The notes under the pieces were generated by a model. That model was not told where the DNA came from. It saw nothing but the letters and a program-made list of their open reading frames with translations, and did no database searches. Of a DNA stretch of 16,117 bases, positions 1 through 7,968 are shown in pieces. This DNA is from a virus (taxonomy: Duplodnaviria; Heunggongvirae; Uroviricota; Caudoviricetes): IMG/VR virus record IMGVR_UViG_2740892235_000017, positions 1-16,117 of that record, one strand, 5' to 3'. The stretch's first letter is position 1, and each line of letters starts with the position of its first letter. Made by a program: the position numbers and the translations under genes.

Positions 1-198
1 TCAGGACTGAAGGCGTCTGTAACAACCGAACTGATAGTCTGCCAGACCCGCCATAACAAGCTGGGTCAGTATTAGCTGGCAGCGTTCGCGTGAAAGGTAC
101 GTATTCTGTGCAATCTCCCCGACTGTCGCCGGTTCGGTGGCACTTAATTCATTAAAAACTGCTCTGGCGGTTTCTGTCATATCCTGCTGTTTCAGCAT
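1..198 (-). CDS. Hypothetical small protein (about 65 aa)
   Basis: ORF 1..234 on minus strand ends with a stop at 1..3. Preferred start is the ATG of MLKQQDM (196..198), preceded by AGGGA about 8 nt upstream. No family recognised. Confidence 0.35.
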   Translation of the reverse strand: MLKQQDMTETARAVFNELSATEPATVGEIAQNTYLSRERCQLILTQLVMAGLADYQFGCYRRLQS

Positions 199-371
199 GT
201 CTTTTTCCCTTTTCCGGTTAACGTGACACACCAATAACTCTTGTCAAAAAAGCCAGCAAGCTGAAAGACCGGTATTAATAACCACCTGCACATTTTATGT
301 ACTGCACCATTTTTCTGGCATAAAAAAACCGCTCAATGCCGGGCAGTAAAATCTTTATTACTCAGGAAATT

Positions 372-1085
372 TTAACGTACTCTGACAGTATTAATTTCAA
401 AATCATTAATATTTCCGCTATTAAATATAACGAATTTCTTACCCCCACTCCTGTATGATTTCGATAACACCAGACGATCATCATAGCGCGCAATAATGTA
501 ATACCATACATTCTCATAGTGGACCGCCTGATATTCCCTCTTAAACTGTGGTTTGTACCAACCGGCAATAAGAGAGAATGCCCAGAAATAAATCATAAAC
601 CCAGCCATCATGAACTCAATTCGGTGATGGCGAATAACAGACATTTCCGAAAAACATTTGACTGAAACAAGTCTTCTTCCAGACCTGACAAAAAGCGTGA
701 TTGCAAAGGCAGCAAGAACGCAGAAAATCAGTACATCTGGCTCAACATGCTGATGAATTACAGAAAACTCCAGAACAGGTGGAATAAAAAGCAGCAATAT
801 CGCGAGAAAAAGCCGGATAAAACTCAAATTTTGTATATTGCGCTTTTGTTTTATGCCCAAAAAGAAAACAATACCAACTCCCCATCCAATAAGGAATATA
901 ACAATAACTGTCACAGCATAAAACAAACTTCGTGCTACATCATCGACACCAGCCCCGACAACCCACCATGGAAAGCCATAGTAAAATGAAGTACCCCATC
1001 CATAGAAATAAGCGCTCCCCCATCCGAGACAGCCCATATAAGCAACAAAAAGTGAAGAGTTTCTGAGCAGAGCACTGTCATCCAT
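372..1085 (-). CDS. Multi-pass membrane protein, aromatic-rich, in a visibly AT-rich block; function unknown (cargo/moron candidate)
   Basis: 237-aa ORF with several long hydrophobic segments (e.g. VTVIVIFLIGWGVGIVFFLGI, LFLAILLLFIPPVL, MMAGFMIYFWAFSLIAGW) and a C-terminal soluble tail. Region about 360..1100 is clearly more AT-rich than the rest of the window. Lies just downstream of the Q-like gene. Confidence 0.5.
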   Translation of the reverse strand: MDDSALLRNSSLFVAYMGCLGWGSAYFYGWGTSFYYGFPWWVVGAGVDDVARSLFYAVTVIVIFLIGWGVGIVFFLGIKQKRNIQNLSFIRLFLAILLLFIPPVLEFSVIHQHVEPDVLIFCVLAAFAITLFVRSGRRLVSVKCFSEMSVIRHHRIEFMMAGFMIYFWAFSLIAGWYKPQFKREYQAVHYENVWYYIIARYDDRLVLSKSYRSGGKKFVIFNSGNINDFEINTVRVR

Positions 1086-1226
1086 AGTAACACCATTAAC
1101 AACTCAAAAATATCAACACACATTACATAACAAATTGGATTCCATGCAGTCAAGGGGCGTCATTGATGGAGAAAGTATTGGCACAATCGTCATCACGTTT
1201 AATGTCTATGCCATTTTTTGGGGGGT

Positions 1227-1250
1227 AAAAAACCCGCTCGGTCACGGGTT
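1227..1250 (-). terminator. Rho-independent terminator on minus strand (candidate tR'-like late terminator)
   Basis: Minus-strand hairpin AACCCG-tgaccgag-CGGGTT followed by a T-run (plus strand 1227..1250, A-run 1227..1230 plus stem). Sits about 90 nt downstream of the Q-like stop. Confidence 0.45.
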
Positions 1251-1292
1251 TTAGTGGCTTTGCCATCACGTATAATAACGGCAAAATATCAG

Positions 1293-1322
1293 ATTTACAC
1301 GAAATATATGCCTTTTTATCTA
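1293..1322 (-). promoter_or_regulatory. Candidate sigma70 promoter on minus strand (pR'-like late promoter?)
   Basis: On minus strand: -35 TTGCAA (plus 1317..1322), 18-nt spacer, -10 TATATT (plus 1293..1298). Located between the Q-like stop (1339) and the terminator at 1227..1250. Confidence 0.3.
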
Positions 1323-1338
1323 CTTTTGCAATACTTTG

Positions 1339-2010
1339 CTATGAAAATGCCGCCTTTTGTTTTGAACGTGTTCCCTCCACCAACAATAAAGCTTCACTAT
1401 CCAGCCGATGAAAAATGTGTTTCATTGCAACCCAGTGACCAGTAAATGTCTTGGACCAGTTTTTGGTTGTTACTCCCACCAGTAACGCCAGTTCCTGGTA
1501 TTCGTAACCTTCCCCACCAAAAAGCTCAGCTTTTACCGCCTGCGCCGCCAACCAGATCAACGTCTTCAGGCGCACCAGAGTTTTTCCTGCAATTTTTCTG
1601 GTACCGGATTGAGCATTAAATTCAGTCCACGCCCACTGCGTTATCGCGATCTGATGCTCCCAGCAAATGCTACCGCTGTAACACCACAGCAGCCAGGCTT
1701 TATGATGTTCTTCAAGAGACAGAACGGCGCGTCGCCATGATGATGTCGAAAACTCAACCGGACTGACCAGGGCAATTGATGAGCCTTTCGCCAGTGATTG
1801 TTTACCCGGGATCGGGGGATTATCCCGCGTGATCATTTTTCCGGTTACCTCATCGCGGTAACGAATTTTTTTGCGTCTGTAACGCCCTGTATCGAACAGG
1901 GCATTTTCCTGCCAGACTTCCAGCTGGCCTTTTGTCGACCCACTAAGATCCGCAGTGGCAATCATGAGTTGCTCACGAACAAACTGTAAATACTGGTTAT
2001 TCATGCACAC
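1339..2010 (-). CDS. Probable late-gene antiterminator Q-like protein (assignment by position, not by recognised motif)
   Basis: 223-aa ORF immediately downstream of rusA-like and DUF968-like genes, the position Q occupies in lambdoid and Qin-type prophages. Followed by a promoter plus terminator pair. No direct similarity to lambda Q recalled. Confidence 0.4.
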   Translation of the reverse strand: MCMNNQYLQFVREQLMIATADLSGSTKGQLEVWQENALFDTGRYRRKKIRYRDEVTGKMITRDNPPIPGKQSLAKGSSIALVSPVEFSTSSWRRAVLSLEEHHKAWLLWCYSGSICWEHQIAITQWAWTEFNAQSGTRKIAGKTLVRLKTLIWLAAQAVKAELFGGEGYEYQELALLVGVTTKNWSKTFTGHWVAMKHIFHRLDSEALLLVEGTRSKQKAAFS

Positions 2011-2359
2011 CCACCTCTGTAATTCTTATCTCCAGCCGTCCACCAGATACTGGCTTGCCACGTACAATATTGATTTCATCAAACTGCTCATCGTCCATTA
2101 ACAACCCCGCGTGCGTCAGCGCATCCAGCGGTGCTTTCAGAATATTGTCCAGGTCACGGCGGCGCTTATCCGGTGGCTCTGCAATAATTTTTATTGCCAG
2201 CCGTCCGGACAGGCTTAATTTCAGTCGCTGCTGGCGAACAATAAGCACCACTGCCCGGCGATAACGCTCCCCGGCTTTTGATACAAAATATGTGCTGCCA
2301 CGGCGTCGCCAGTAAGTGTTCACCGTCGGCGGGTAAGGTAAAACCAAATCTATGAGCAT
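1997..2359 (-). CDS. rusA: RusA-type Holliday junction resolvase
   Basis: 120-aa ORF. Matches recalled RusA features: N-terminal LPYPPTVNTYWRR, central PDKRRRDLDNILKAPLDALTHAGLLMDDEQ (compare RusA PDRRRRDLDN...DALT...DD), C-terminal GGRLEIRITE. Confidence 0.8.
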   Translation of the reverse strand: MLIDLVLPYPPTVNTYWRRRGSTYFVSKAGERYRRAVVLIVRQQRLKLSLSGRLAIKIIAEPPDKRRRDLDNILKAPLDALTHAGLLMDDEQFDEINIVRGKPVSGGRLEIRITEVGVHE

Positions 2360-2371
2360 CAGTCACCTCTT

Positions 2372-3421
2372 TTACCCGAGCACGCCAGTCGCAAAGGCGT
2401 GATCAAGAAAACGAAAAATTAACTCAATCTGAGAGCCGTACTTTTTCTCAAACTTCAGCGGGTCTGCATGAAGTTCGTTGTGGTGCTCCCGGCACAACGG
2501 TAGCGTGAAAATATCGTGGGCCTTTGTTCCCACTCCCCCCTGACCATGACCAATCAGGTGATGCGGATCGTCAGCTGGCTTACCACAACACGCACACGGC
2601 TGTGTCTTTACCCAGCGCGTGTATTTCTCATTAACCCAACGGCGACGTTTAGGCCGCCTCATGAACGATTCAGGAGACTCCGGATCAACGGCGATACTGA
2701 CAACCGTTTTTTTCTGTGGTGGATTTTGTTGCTGGTGGACGTGAAGTGGCAGCGCAATATTTTTTGTGCGCTGCTTCAGTATGCTGATGGCTGTCTGTTC
2801 TCCCGGTACGATGTCACTCTCACGGTATACGGAGCGGATTTTTTCCACTGGTAATCCCAGCGAACGACGCGCTACTGCCTCAGGTAGTGCATCCACCACC
2901 TGATTGCAGGCCGCCCACCAGGATAATTCGGCCAGCGATAACTCCCTCTCCTGCGTACCGCTTATTGCGTGACGGATGACATCAATCATCCAGGCAACCA
3001 GATTCTGCTGAGCAAGTTGATCGAGTGATTCTGATGTCTGGTCGCGCAGCTGGTTGTCACAGTGCCAGCACAACACCATCGCGCCGGTACCATAACGGTG
3101 AATGGCTGTTTCGCTGTGATGATAATCGCCGTGTGGCCACTGGCAGGATTTCACGTGACGTAATAACCAGTCAGACAGTGCACCTGCACCACCTGCTGCA
3201 CGAATAACCTGCTCATCGCTGAAAAATGGCAGTAATGTTTTATCCTCTGCCAGCGGCTGGCGAACGGCAGGAACGACTCCGGACGGCAGACCGCGCATGT
3301 TTTTCGGTTCCGGCTCCATCAATATTCTGCCGTTATGGAATGCTGACATTGATTCACGGCCCGGCTTAAGGAGCACCATCCCGAGTTCCGGTACCAGAAC
3401 AGGTCGAAGTAATACCCGCAC
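2372..3421 (-). CDS. DUF968-family nin-region protein (YdfU-like, 349 aa)
   Basis: 349-aa ORF with a Cys/His-rich C-terminal block (CACCGKPADDPHHLIGHGQGG...CREHHNELH). Length and position (between rusA/Q and a hok locus) match Qin YdfU as recalled. Confidence 0.55.
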   Translation of the reverse strand: MRVLLRPVLVPELGMVLLKPGRESMSAFHNGRILMEPEPKNMRGLPSGVVPAVRQPLAEDKTLLPFFSDEQVIRAAGGAGALSDWLLRHVKSCQWPHGDYHHSETAIHRYGTGAMVLCWHCDNQLRDQTSESLDQLAQQNLVAWMIDVIRHAISGTQERELSLAELSWWAACNQVVDALPEAVARRSLGLPVEKIRSVYRESDIVPGEQTAISILKQRTKNIALPLHVHQQQNPPQKKTVVSIAVDPESPESFMRRPKRRRWVNEKYTRWVKTQPCACCGKPADDPHHLIGHGQGGVGTKAHDIFTLPLCREHHNELHADPLKFEKKYGSQIELIFRFLDHAFATGVLG

Positions 3422-3422
3422 G

Positions 3423-3710
3423 TTACCTCCAGATGCGCTGCTGGAATGTGCGGGACGGACGCGGTGGGCGTTCGGAATAAGGGAGCCTGACGGAGATTAT
3501 CCAGTGACGACGATCGAAGCTGAGGGCTTTCTCAAACTCATATCCGCGCCTGCGGTAACACTGGATCAGCCATTCGGCCTGTTCTTCAGTGCATGGGGGA
3601 TGCTGGAACCAGTCGGTTTTAAATACGTGCGAACACCGCCCTTGCCTACTGGCAAGGGCGGCAGAATTGTGCAATCTGCTATCGTGCGCCATCGGGATCT
3701 CCGGTGGCAC
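3423..3710 (-). CDS. Hypothetical nin-region protein (95 aa)
   Basis: ORF whose stop abuts the start of the DUF968 gene; coding-like composition. No family recognised. Confidence 0.35.
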   Translation of the reverse strand: MPPEIPMAHDSRLHNSAALASRQGRCSHVFKTDWFQHPPCTEEQAEWLIQCYRRRGYEFEKALSFDRRHWIISVRLPYSERPPRPSRTFQQRIWR

Positions 3711-3745
3711 GGTGTTTCTCAGCGACGGTTCAAGTCAGCCTGATT

Positions 3746-3973
3746 TTATAGCTGCTTCTGAATATCATCAACAGGTAGTCCTGCCAACTCTCTTACCTCA
3801 GAAAGAAGAGAAAGGCTTACAACAACCTCATTACTTCGCATAACAAAACCACATTGAAAAGAACCATCACTGTTTCTGTAAACAACAACCGGGCGCGTGC
3901 TCTCATAAAACCCCGGGATCAAACTGGCTGGGATTTTCACAACACCTCCTGACGTAAAGGAAATGAAATGCAT
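3746..3973 (-). CDS. Hypothetical small protein (about 75 aa; possibly Rem-like by position)
   Basis: ORF 3746..4018 begins with GTG. Preferred start is the ATG at 3971..3973 (MHFISF...) with GAGAAG 5 nt upstream. Position between the DUF968 gene and the hok locus parallels rem in Qin. Confidence 0.35.
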   Translation of the reverse strand: MHFISFTSGGVVKIPASLIPGFYESTRPVVVYRNSDGSFQCGFVMRSNEVVVSLSLLSEVRELAGLPVDDIQKQL

Positions 3974-4152
3974 TATCGCTTCTCTCGGACTATAACCATG
4001 AAAAGAGACGCATTTCACTCAGTAAATCTGAGGATTTTATGCGCAAGAACAATGACTTTTTCTGTCTGCCGTTTATACAATCTGAATTACGTCTGTTTTT
4101 TGAACACCGATAAATCAGCAAGCATTCTCAAATAAAGATTGCCTCCATAGTC

Positions 4153-4173
4153 CACATAGTGTAACACTATGTG
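4153..4173. promoter_or_regulatory. Perfect 21-bp palindrome (candidate operator) upstream of the HigB-2-like/HTH pair
   Basis: CACATAGTGT-A-ACACTATGTG is a perfect 10-bp inverted repeat about a central A, directly followed by TATATAAAAT and the SD GAGGCAGG before the ATG at 4197. Confidence 0.5.
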
Positions 4174-4196
4174 TTATATAAAATGCAGAGGCAGGT

Positions 4197-4569
4197 ATGC
4201 GAATTTTCAAAATCGCCTGGTTTGAACGTTTCGCCCGAAAACATCGGATTTCCGATAAATCGCTGCGCAAAATCGTGGAGCAGGCCGATAAGGGGGATCA
4301 TATCCGCAAATTTGGGTAGTGGTGTCATTAAACAAAGATTAGCCCGAAGTGGTGGCGGAAAATCAGGCGGTTACCGGACAATAATTTTTTACCGCGTTGC
4401 AGAAAAAGCCTTTTTCATCTACGCATACGCAAAGAATGAACGAGAGAATATCACTGCTATAGAGGAAAATGCTTTTCGAAAAGCCGCTCCCCATGTCCTC
4501 AATCTTACTGATGAACAGCTGGCACAATTGATTCAACAAGGCCAGTTCACGGAGGTACCCAATGAGTAA
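4197..4569 (+). pseudogene. HigB-2-like (RelE/ParE superfamily) toxin, interrupted by a +1 frameshift in a G-run
   Basis: Frame A from ATG 4197 (good SD) reads MRIFKIAWFERFARKHRISDKSLRKIVEQADKGDHIRKFG then TAG at 4317..4319. Frame B continues ...GSGVIKQRLARSGGGKSGGYRTIIFYRVAEKAFFIYAYAKNERENIT to 4569. Removing one G from GGG at 4314..4316 joins them in frame. The joined product resembles Vibrio HigB-2 as recalled (GKRGGSRIIYYF...YGKNE). Confidence 0.5.
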
Positions 4570-4879
4570 AAATTACCGCAGTGATGCACTTGCATCTGTA
4601 CATGAAATGATGGAGTCACTCCATGATATCGGTGCAATCACAAAACAAACTATGCGCGAATTCGATGAAACTTGTCTTCAGCCTGCGCCGGTAATGTCTC
4701 CAGAAAGGATCCGTGCACTGCGAGAACGAGAGCATCTGTCTCAACCTGTTTTTGCCAGATACCTCAACGTCAGTAAAAACCTGATATCAGACTGGGAACG
4801 AGGAGTGAAACGCCCGGGAGGTGCAGCTCTTCGGCTTCTTTCAGTTGTCGAGAAAAACGGGATCCAGGTAATATCCTGA
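4562..4879 (+). CDS. HigA-like antitoxin / XRE-type HTH regulator (105 aa)
   Basis: ATG at 4562 preceded by GGAGGT; overlaps the toxin stop by 8 nt. C-terminal HTH-like segment LSQPVFARYLNVSKNLISDWERGVKRPGGAALRLL. Toxin-first gene order is typical of higBA. Confidence 0.6.
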   Translation: MSKNYRSDALASVHEMMESLHDIGAITKQTMREFDETCLQPAPVMSPERIRALREREHLSQPVFARYLNVSKNLISDWERGVKRPGGAALRLLSVVEKNGIQVIS

Positions 4880-4981
4880 TATTCTAATACAACAAAACCC
4901 GCCGAAGCAGGTTAAGTGCGGGTGCGTTGAGGATGCCTGACACATCAGAGGTGGCGAGGGATTTCTCCCTCGCCAGGTCTC

Positions 4982-5137
4982 TTACTCCTCAGGTTCGTAA
5001 GCTGTGAAGACAGCGACCTCCGTCTGGCCGGTTCGGATTCGTACCTCGCAGAGGTCTTTCCTCGTTACCAGTGCCGTCATTATGACGGTTAAACAGATGA
5101 CAATCAGGGCGATTAACATCGCCTTTTGCTGCTTCAT
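4982..5137 (-). CDS. hokD: Hok/Gef-family type I toxin (HokD/RelF-like, 51 aa)
   Basis: MKQQKAMLIALIVICLTVIMTALVTRKDLCEVRIRTGQTEVAVFTAYEPEE closely matches recalled E. coli HokD (RelF). SD GGAGAAG lies upstream of the ATG at 5135..5137. The ORF-track 70-aa form is an in-frame upstream extension. Confidence 0.85.
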   Translation of the reverse strand: MKQQKAMLIALIVICLTVIMTALVTRKDLCEVRIRTGQTEVAVFTAYEPEE

Positions 5138-5400
5138 AGCCTGCTTCTCCTTGCCTTTCGGCACGTAAGAGGCTAACCTACATGTGCAAAGCATGAAATT
5201 GGCCTCAGATTAATGTTAAGCGTCCTGCAAGACGCGTAATGTTAACTGGGGCTTTTCTCTGTCTGCCTTACGGCGGCATGCCCGAGGCAGACAGCCTCAA
5301 GCACCCGCAGCAATTCTACTTAACTCTTCTTTCCCCGCAAATCATTTTATCCCCGATGGTAATGTTCTCCCGATATGGGAATTCCCATATCAAGGTTAAC
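5138..5400 (-). promoter_or_regulatory. hok leader region (mok/sok-type regulation expected); candidate antisense Sok RNA on the plus strand
   Basis: About 260 nt of untranslated leader upstream of hok, containing an inverted repeat TCTGTCTGCC...GGCAGACAG (about 5257..5292). Hok loci are known to carry a structured leader and an antisense RNA; exact ends cannot be set here. Confidence 0.35.
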
Positions 5401-5408
5401 TCAATCGG

Positions 5409-5960
5409 TTAAAGCTCCATTAATTTTCCGGCCAGTTCATCTCGTGGCATTACCAGCCATCCGCGCGATTTAAGCAAAGCCAGGGCTTCTTCAACCGTCA
5501 CCAGCTGGCCTGGCGCATAACTTCGGATGAAGGCGGTTTTATCGTCACGGATCGCCAGGTGAAAATCGATATTCATTTTTCCCATAGCCCGCTCTTTCTC
5601 GTACTGGTTGAAGTAACTGTCTTCGAGTTTTTCGAATACTTCCCACGCCTGATCGGTTTCGAGCATTTTTGCATGACGGGCTGCTCCGCGTTCTGTCCAG
5701 AGGATGAGAGTGCGGGTTTTGGGAGAAATTTTCACCTCATTTTGCGACTCGTTTAAAACTAGTCGCAAATTTTTGAGCTCATCACCAACAGCTTTAAAGA
5801 AGTGTTTTCCCTCAATAAATCGAGATTTATTTTCATGGTGATTCTGCTGTATACGGATTGCTTCTGTTCCGTAAAGGCGGGCGAGTAACTCAGTTGTGAT
5901 TACAGGAATCTGGTTATAAGTGACAGGGGAAAGGTTTTTGACAGTAACTTGAGTCGTCAT
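5409..5960 (-). CDS. ORF6N-domain (antirepressor-like) phage protein
   Basis: 183-aa ORF; N-terminal region YNQIPVITTELLARLYGTEAIRIQQNHHENKSRFIEGKHFF matches the recalled ORF6N signature (...RFIEGKHYF). Confidence 0.55.
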   Translation of the reverse strand: MTTQVTVKNLSPVTYNQIPVITTELLARLYGTEAIRIQQNHHENKSRFIEGKHFFKAVGDELKNLRLVLNESQNEVKISPKTRTLILWTERGAARHAKMLETDQAWEVFEKLEDSYFNQYEKERAMGKMNIDFHLAIRDDKTAFIRSYAPGQLVTVEEALALLKSRGWLVMPRDELAGKLMEL

Positions 5961-6121
5961 GATAACGCCCTCTGGTTGATGAATTTAACTATCACCACCT
6001 TCAGGTCTCAATCATCAGGTGGCGAGACGTACAGGGTTGAGACTACCGGATCAACCAACCGGCCAGCCTTTCGGCTGCCCCATACGCCTCACCATAATTC
6101 AGATGTGCGTGCGCATACGAC

Positions 6122-6145
6122 AATAAAAAACACGCTCGCGGCGTG
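6122..6145 (-). terminator. Rho-independent terminator on minus strand
   Basis: Minus-strand hairpin CACGC-cgcga-GCGTG (plus 6131..6145) followed by TTTTTT (plus A-run 6125..6130). Confidence 0.45.
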
Positions 6146-6301
6146 TGTCTGTCGCGGTTGAATATCCGGGGTCTCAATCCCGACGGTCAACTCGACCGTG
6201 CGGTGAATATAGCCCCGGATTAGTAATTACGTCAACCCCAGCGGCAAATCGAATAAACCACCAGCGCTACCGCCATTGCAACTCCTGCCGTTACGAATGC
6301 C

Positions 6302-6565
6302 TCAGGCCAGGTCATCGTAAACTATCTCAGCGCCAATCAGTCCGTTTCGCTTCAGGCAGTCCATCGCTTTATACGGTAATTTGGCTGACAGGCGAAAATC
6401 ACCCTGCAGCATCAGGCTTATTCCCTTATCCCGGGCTTTCGCTCTGACCGCTGCCTCGCTACGACCAATCAGACTGCCGATACTTTCGACAGTCATCGTT
6501 CCCGCGCACTGCCGGAGTATCAGAATTTCAGCCCGGCACCACGTCTTCCACCCACTCACCGCTGC
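6302..6565 (-). CDS. Small GcrA-like DNA-binding-domain protein (about 87 aa)
   Basis: Segment [46 protein letters not shown] aligns with the recalled GcrA N-terminal domain (W..ERVELLKKLWAEGLSASQIAAELGGVSRNAVIGKVHRLGL). Likely GTG start at 6563..6565 overlapping the upstream TGA as GTGA. Confidence 0.4.
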   Translation of the reverse strand, partial: AAVSGWKTWCRAEILILRQCAGTMTVESIGSLIGRSEAAVRAKARDKGISLMLQGDFRLSAKLPYKAMDCLKRNGLIGAEIVYDDLA

Positions 6566-7290
6566 TGTTCTCTGGTGGCGGTAATATCCCGGAGAATATC
6601 CCGGCACTTGTTCAGCTCCCGCAGCGCGGCGCAGACTCGCTCCCACTTCTGAACCTGACCTTTTGCCCGGCGCAGCTCGCGGTTAGCCACATGCAGCGAT
6701 GGTAAAATCAGCCCATCCGGATGCTTTCTGGTGAACGACGGCTGTGACTGCACTGTGACCGCCACACTTTCCGTTTTTATTTCTTCCTGTGTTTCCGCTT
6801 CCCGGACTGGTAACGCAACACATGCTGGCTGAGGAAAGGCTTTACCATCGGTTTCCGCTACGGATGCAGCTTCCGGCTCTGCCGGTAAATCAGCGCCCGG
6901 TATGCAGTAACGAAATTTACCGCCCTGATTCACGCGAATCAGACGCCCTTTGCTGATTGCCATGGCCAGCGATGAATTCGCCCGGCGGGAGGTAATCCCG
7001 AACATCAGTGCCAGCTCATCCGCCGTTTGTGGGCCATGTTGTTCAATCGCCTCAGTCAGCATTTGCGCTGTCACTTTCGGTACCGGTGACACTGGTTCAC
7101 TTTCACCTGCCTGAGTCAGCCACCACATCGACCCCTTGTTATCCGCTTCACCACGGCGCTTCAGTTTCCACAGTTCGTTGACCGCATCTTCACGGCTGAT
7201 TCCAAGGCGGGCCGCCACTACCTGTGAAGAGGCTCTTTTCAGTGCTTTCAGTGCGTCAAATACGGTTTCCATTAAAATTTCCTCCGACAA
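6556..7290 (-). CDS. Hypothetical phage early protein (244 aa) with N-terminal winged-helix-like segment
   Basis: Long ORF immediately downstream of the P-like gene with coding-like composition. Family not confidently recognised (possibly DUF1627-like). Confidence 0.45.
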   Translation of the reverse strand: MSEEILMETVFDALKALKRASSQVVAARLGISREDAVNELWKLKRRGEADNKGSMWWLTQAGESEPVSPVPKVTAQMLTEAIEQHGPQTADELALMFGITSRRANSSLAMAISKGRLIRVNQGGKFRYCIPGADLPAEPEAASVAETDGKAFPQPACVALPVREAETQEEIKTESVAVTVQSQPSFTRKHPDGLILPSLHVANRELRRAKGQVQKWERVCAALRELNKCRDILRDITATREQQR

Positions 7291-7305
7291 AATCGTTTCC
7301 CAGAT

Positions 7306-7968
7306 TCAAATAAAACCAGCTGCCTTCCGGCGTTCGTATTCCTGTTTCAGCCGTTCAATTGGCGTTGGGCCTTGAGGGTGTTTCGCCCCTTCCAGTTGTC
7401 GTCGCACTGGCGGAACACTCATCCCGTTACCAACATGCTTTGCCCATTTCGTCAGTTGCCGTTCCGCAAGTCGTTTTAACTCACCCTGCGTCATCTGGCG
7501 CTCAATCCCTCTGGTACGCATTTCGAGGCAGATGTGGTACAGCACAGGCTGTGGCCACGGGTATTTATCACTCCCGTCGTATCGCCAGGATTCATTGCGC
7601 CAGCGCCGGTACTCTTCCATCACGGCATCCACCGTAAGACCAAATGGATTTGCCCCACTCTCCGAAATCAGCGCAACAAACTCAGCCAGGTCCGGGGGCC
7701 ACGTTTCACCCGCCCGGCAGCGGTCCATGCACTGACGGCAGACCAGACGGATTTGCTGTTCAGTCATCGCACCAATCTGGGCAATCCAGAGCTTCGAAGG
7801 TGCGGCCCCGTTCTTCTGAGTCCAGCGGTTCGAATACACCTCCCCCATAAGCTCCCACAGCTTCCAGGCCGTTTCCGTTGCTGATAAATCCGTTGTCACG
7901 TTCCCACTGTTCGCGTGCTGCCCGGATTTCCTGAACTGCCCGTGATGCCGTGCCACCTGATGCTGCAT
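7306..7968 (-). CDS. Replication protein P-like (helicase loader); start uncertain
   Basis: C-terminal half (GLTVDAVMEEYRRWRNESWRYDGSDKYPWPQPVLYHICLEMRTRG...ELKRLAERQ) aligns with recalled lambda P (GLPNVSELVDMVYEYCRKRGLYPDAESYPWKSNAHYWLVTNLYQNMRA...ELRRKAADE). The ORF as drawn overlaps the O-like gene by 209 nt. Confidence 0.65.
   Translation of the reverse strand: MQHQVARHHGQFRKSGQHANSGNVTTDLSATETAWKLWELMGEVYSNRWTQKNGAAPSKLWIAQIGAMTEQQIRLVCRQCMDRCRAGETWPPDLAEFVALISESGANPFGLTVDAVMEEYRRWRNESWRYDGSDKYPWPQPVLYHICLEMRTRGIERQMTQGELKRLAERQLTKWAKHVGNGMSVPPVRRQLEGAKHPQGPTPIERLKQEYERRKAAGFI

Noticed and set aside
2516-3743. Plus-strand ORFs (2516..2854, 3025..3207, 3297..3743, 3589..3843) overlapping the minus-strand nin-region genes
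   Set aside because: Each is antisense to a longer minus-strand gene with a recognisable product or operon context, and none has a convincing start signal; treated as shadow ORFs.
4171-4569. 132-aa ORF-track form of the toxin starting at 4171
   Set aside because: Its first 45 residues are in a different frame from the well-formed N-terminus that begins at ATG 4197 with an SD; the track ORF is the frame-B continuation of a frameshifted gene.
4982-5194. 70-aa form of the hok ORF starting at the upstream ATG
   Set aside because: Hok-family toxins are about 50 aa and the internal Met (5135..5137) has a proper SD; the upstream 19 codons are more likely leader sequence.
5949-6447. Plus-strand ORFs 5949..6161 and 6145..6447 between the ORF6N gene and the GcrA-like gene
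   Set aside because: No RBS or family resemblance; the region more plausibly holds the minus-strand terminator at 6122..6145 and the ORF6N gene promoter.
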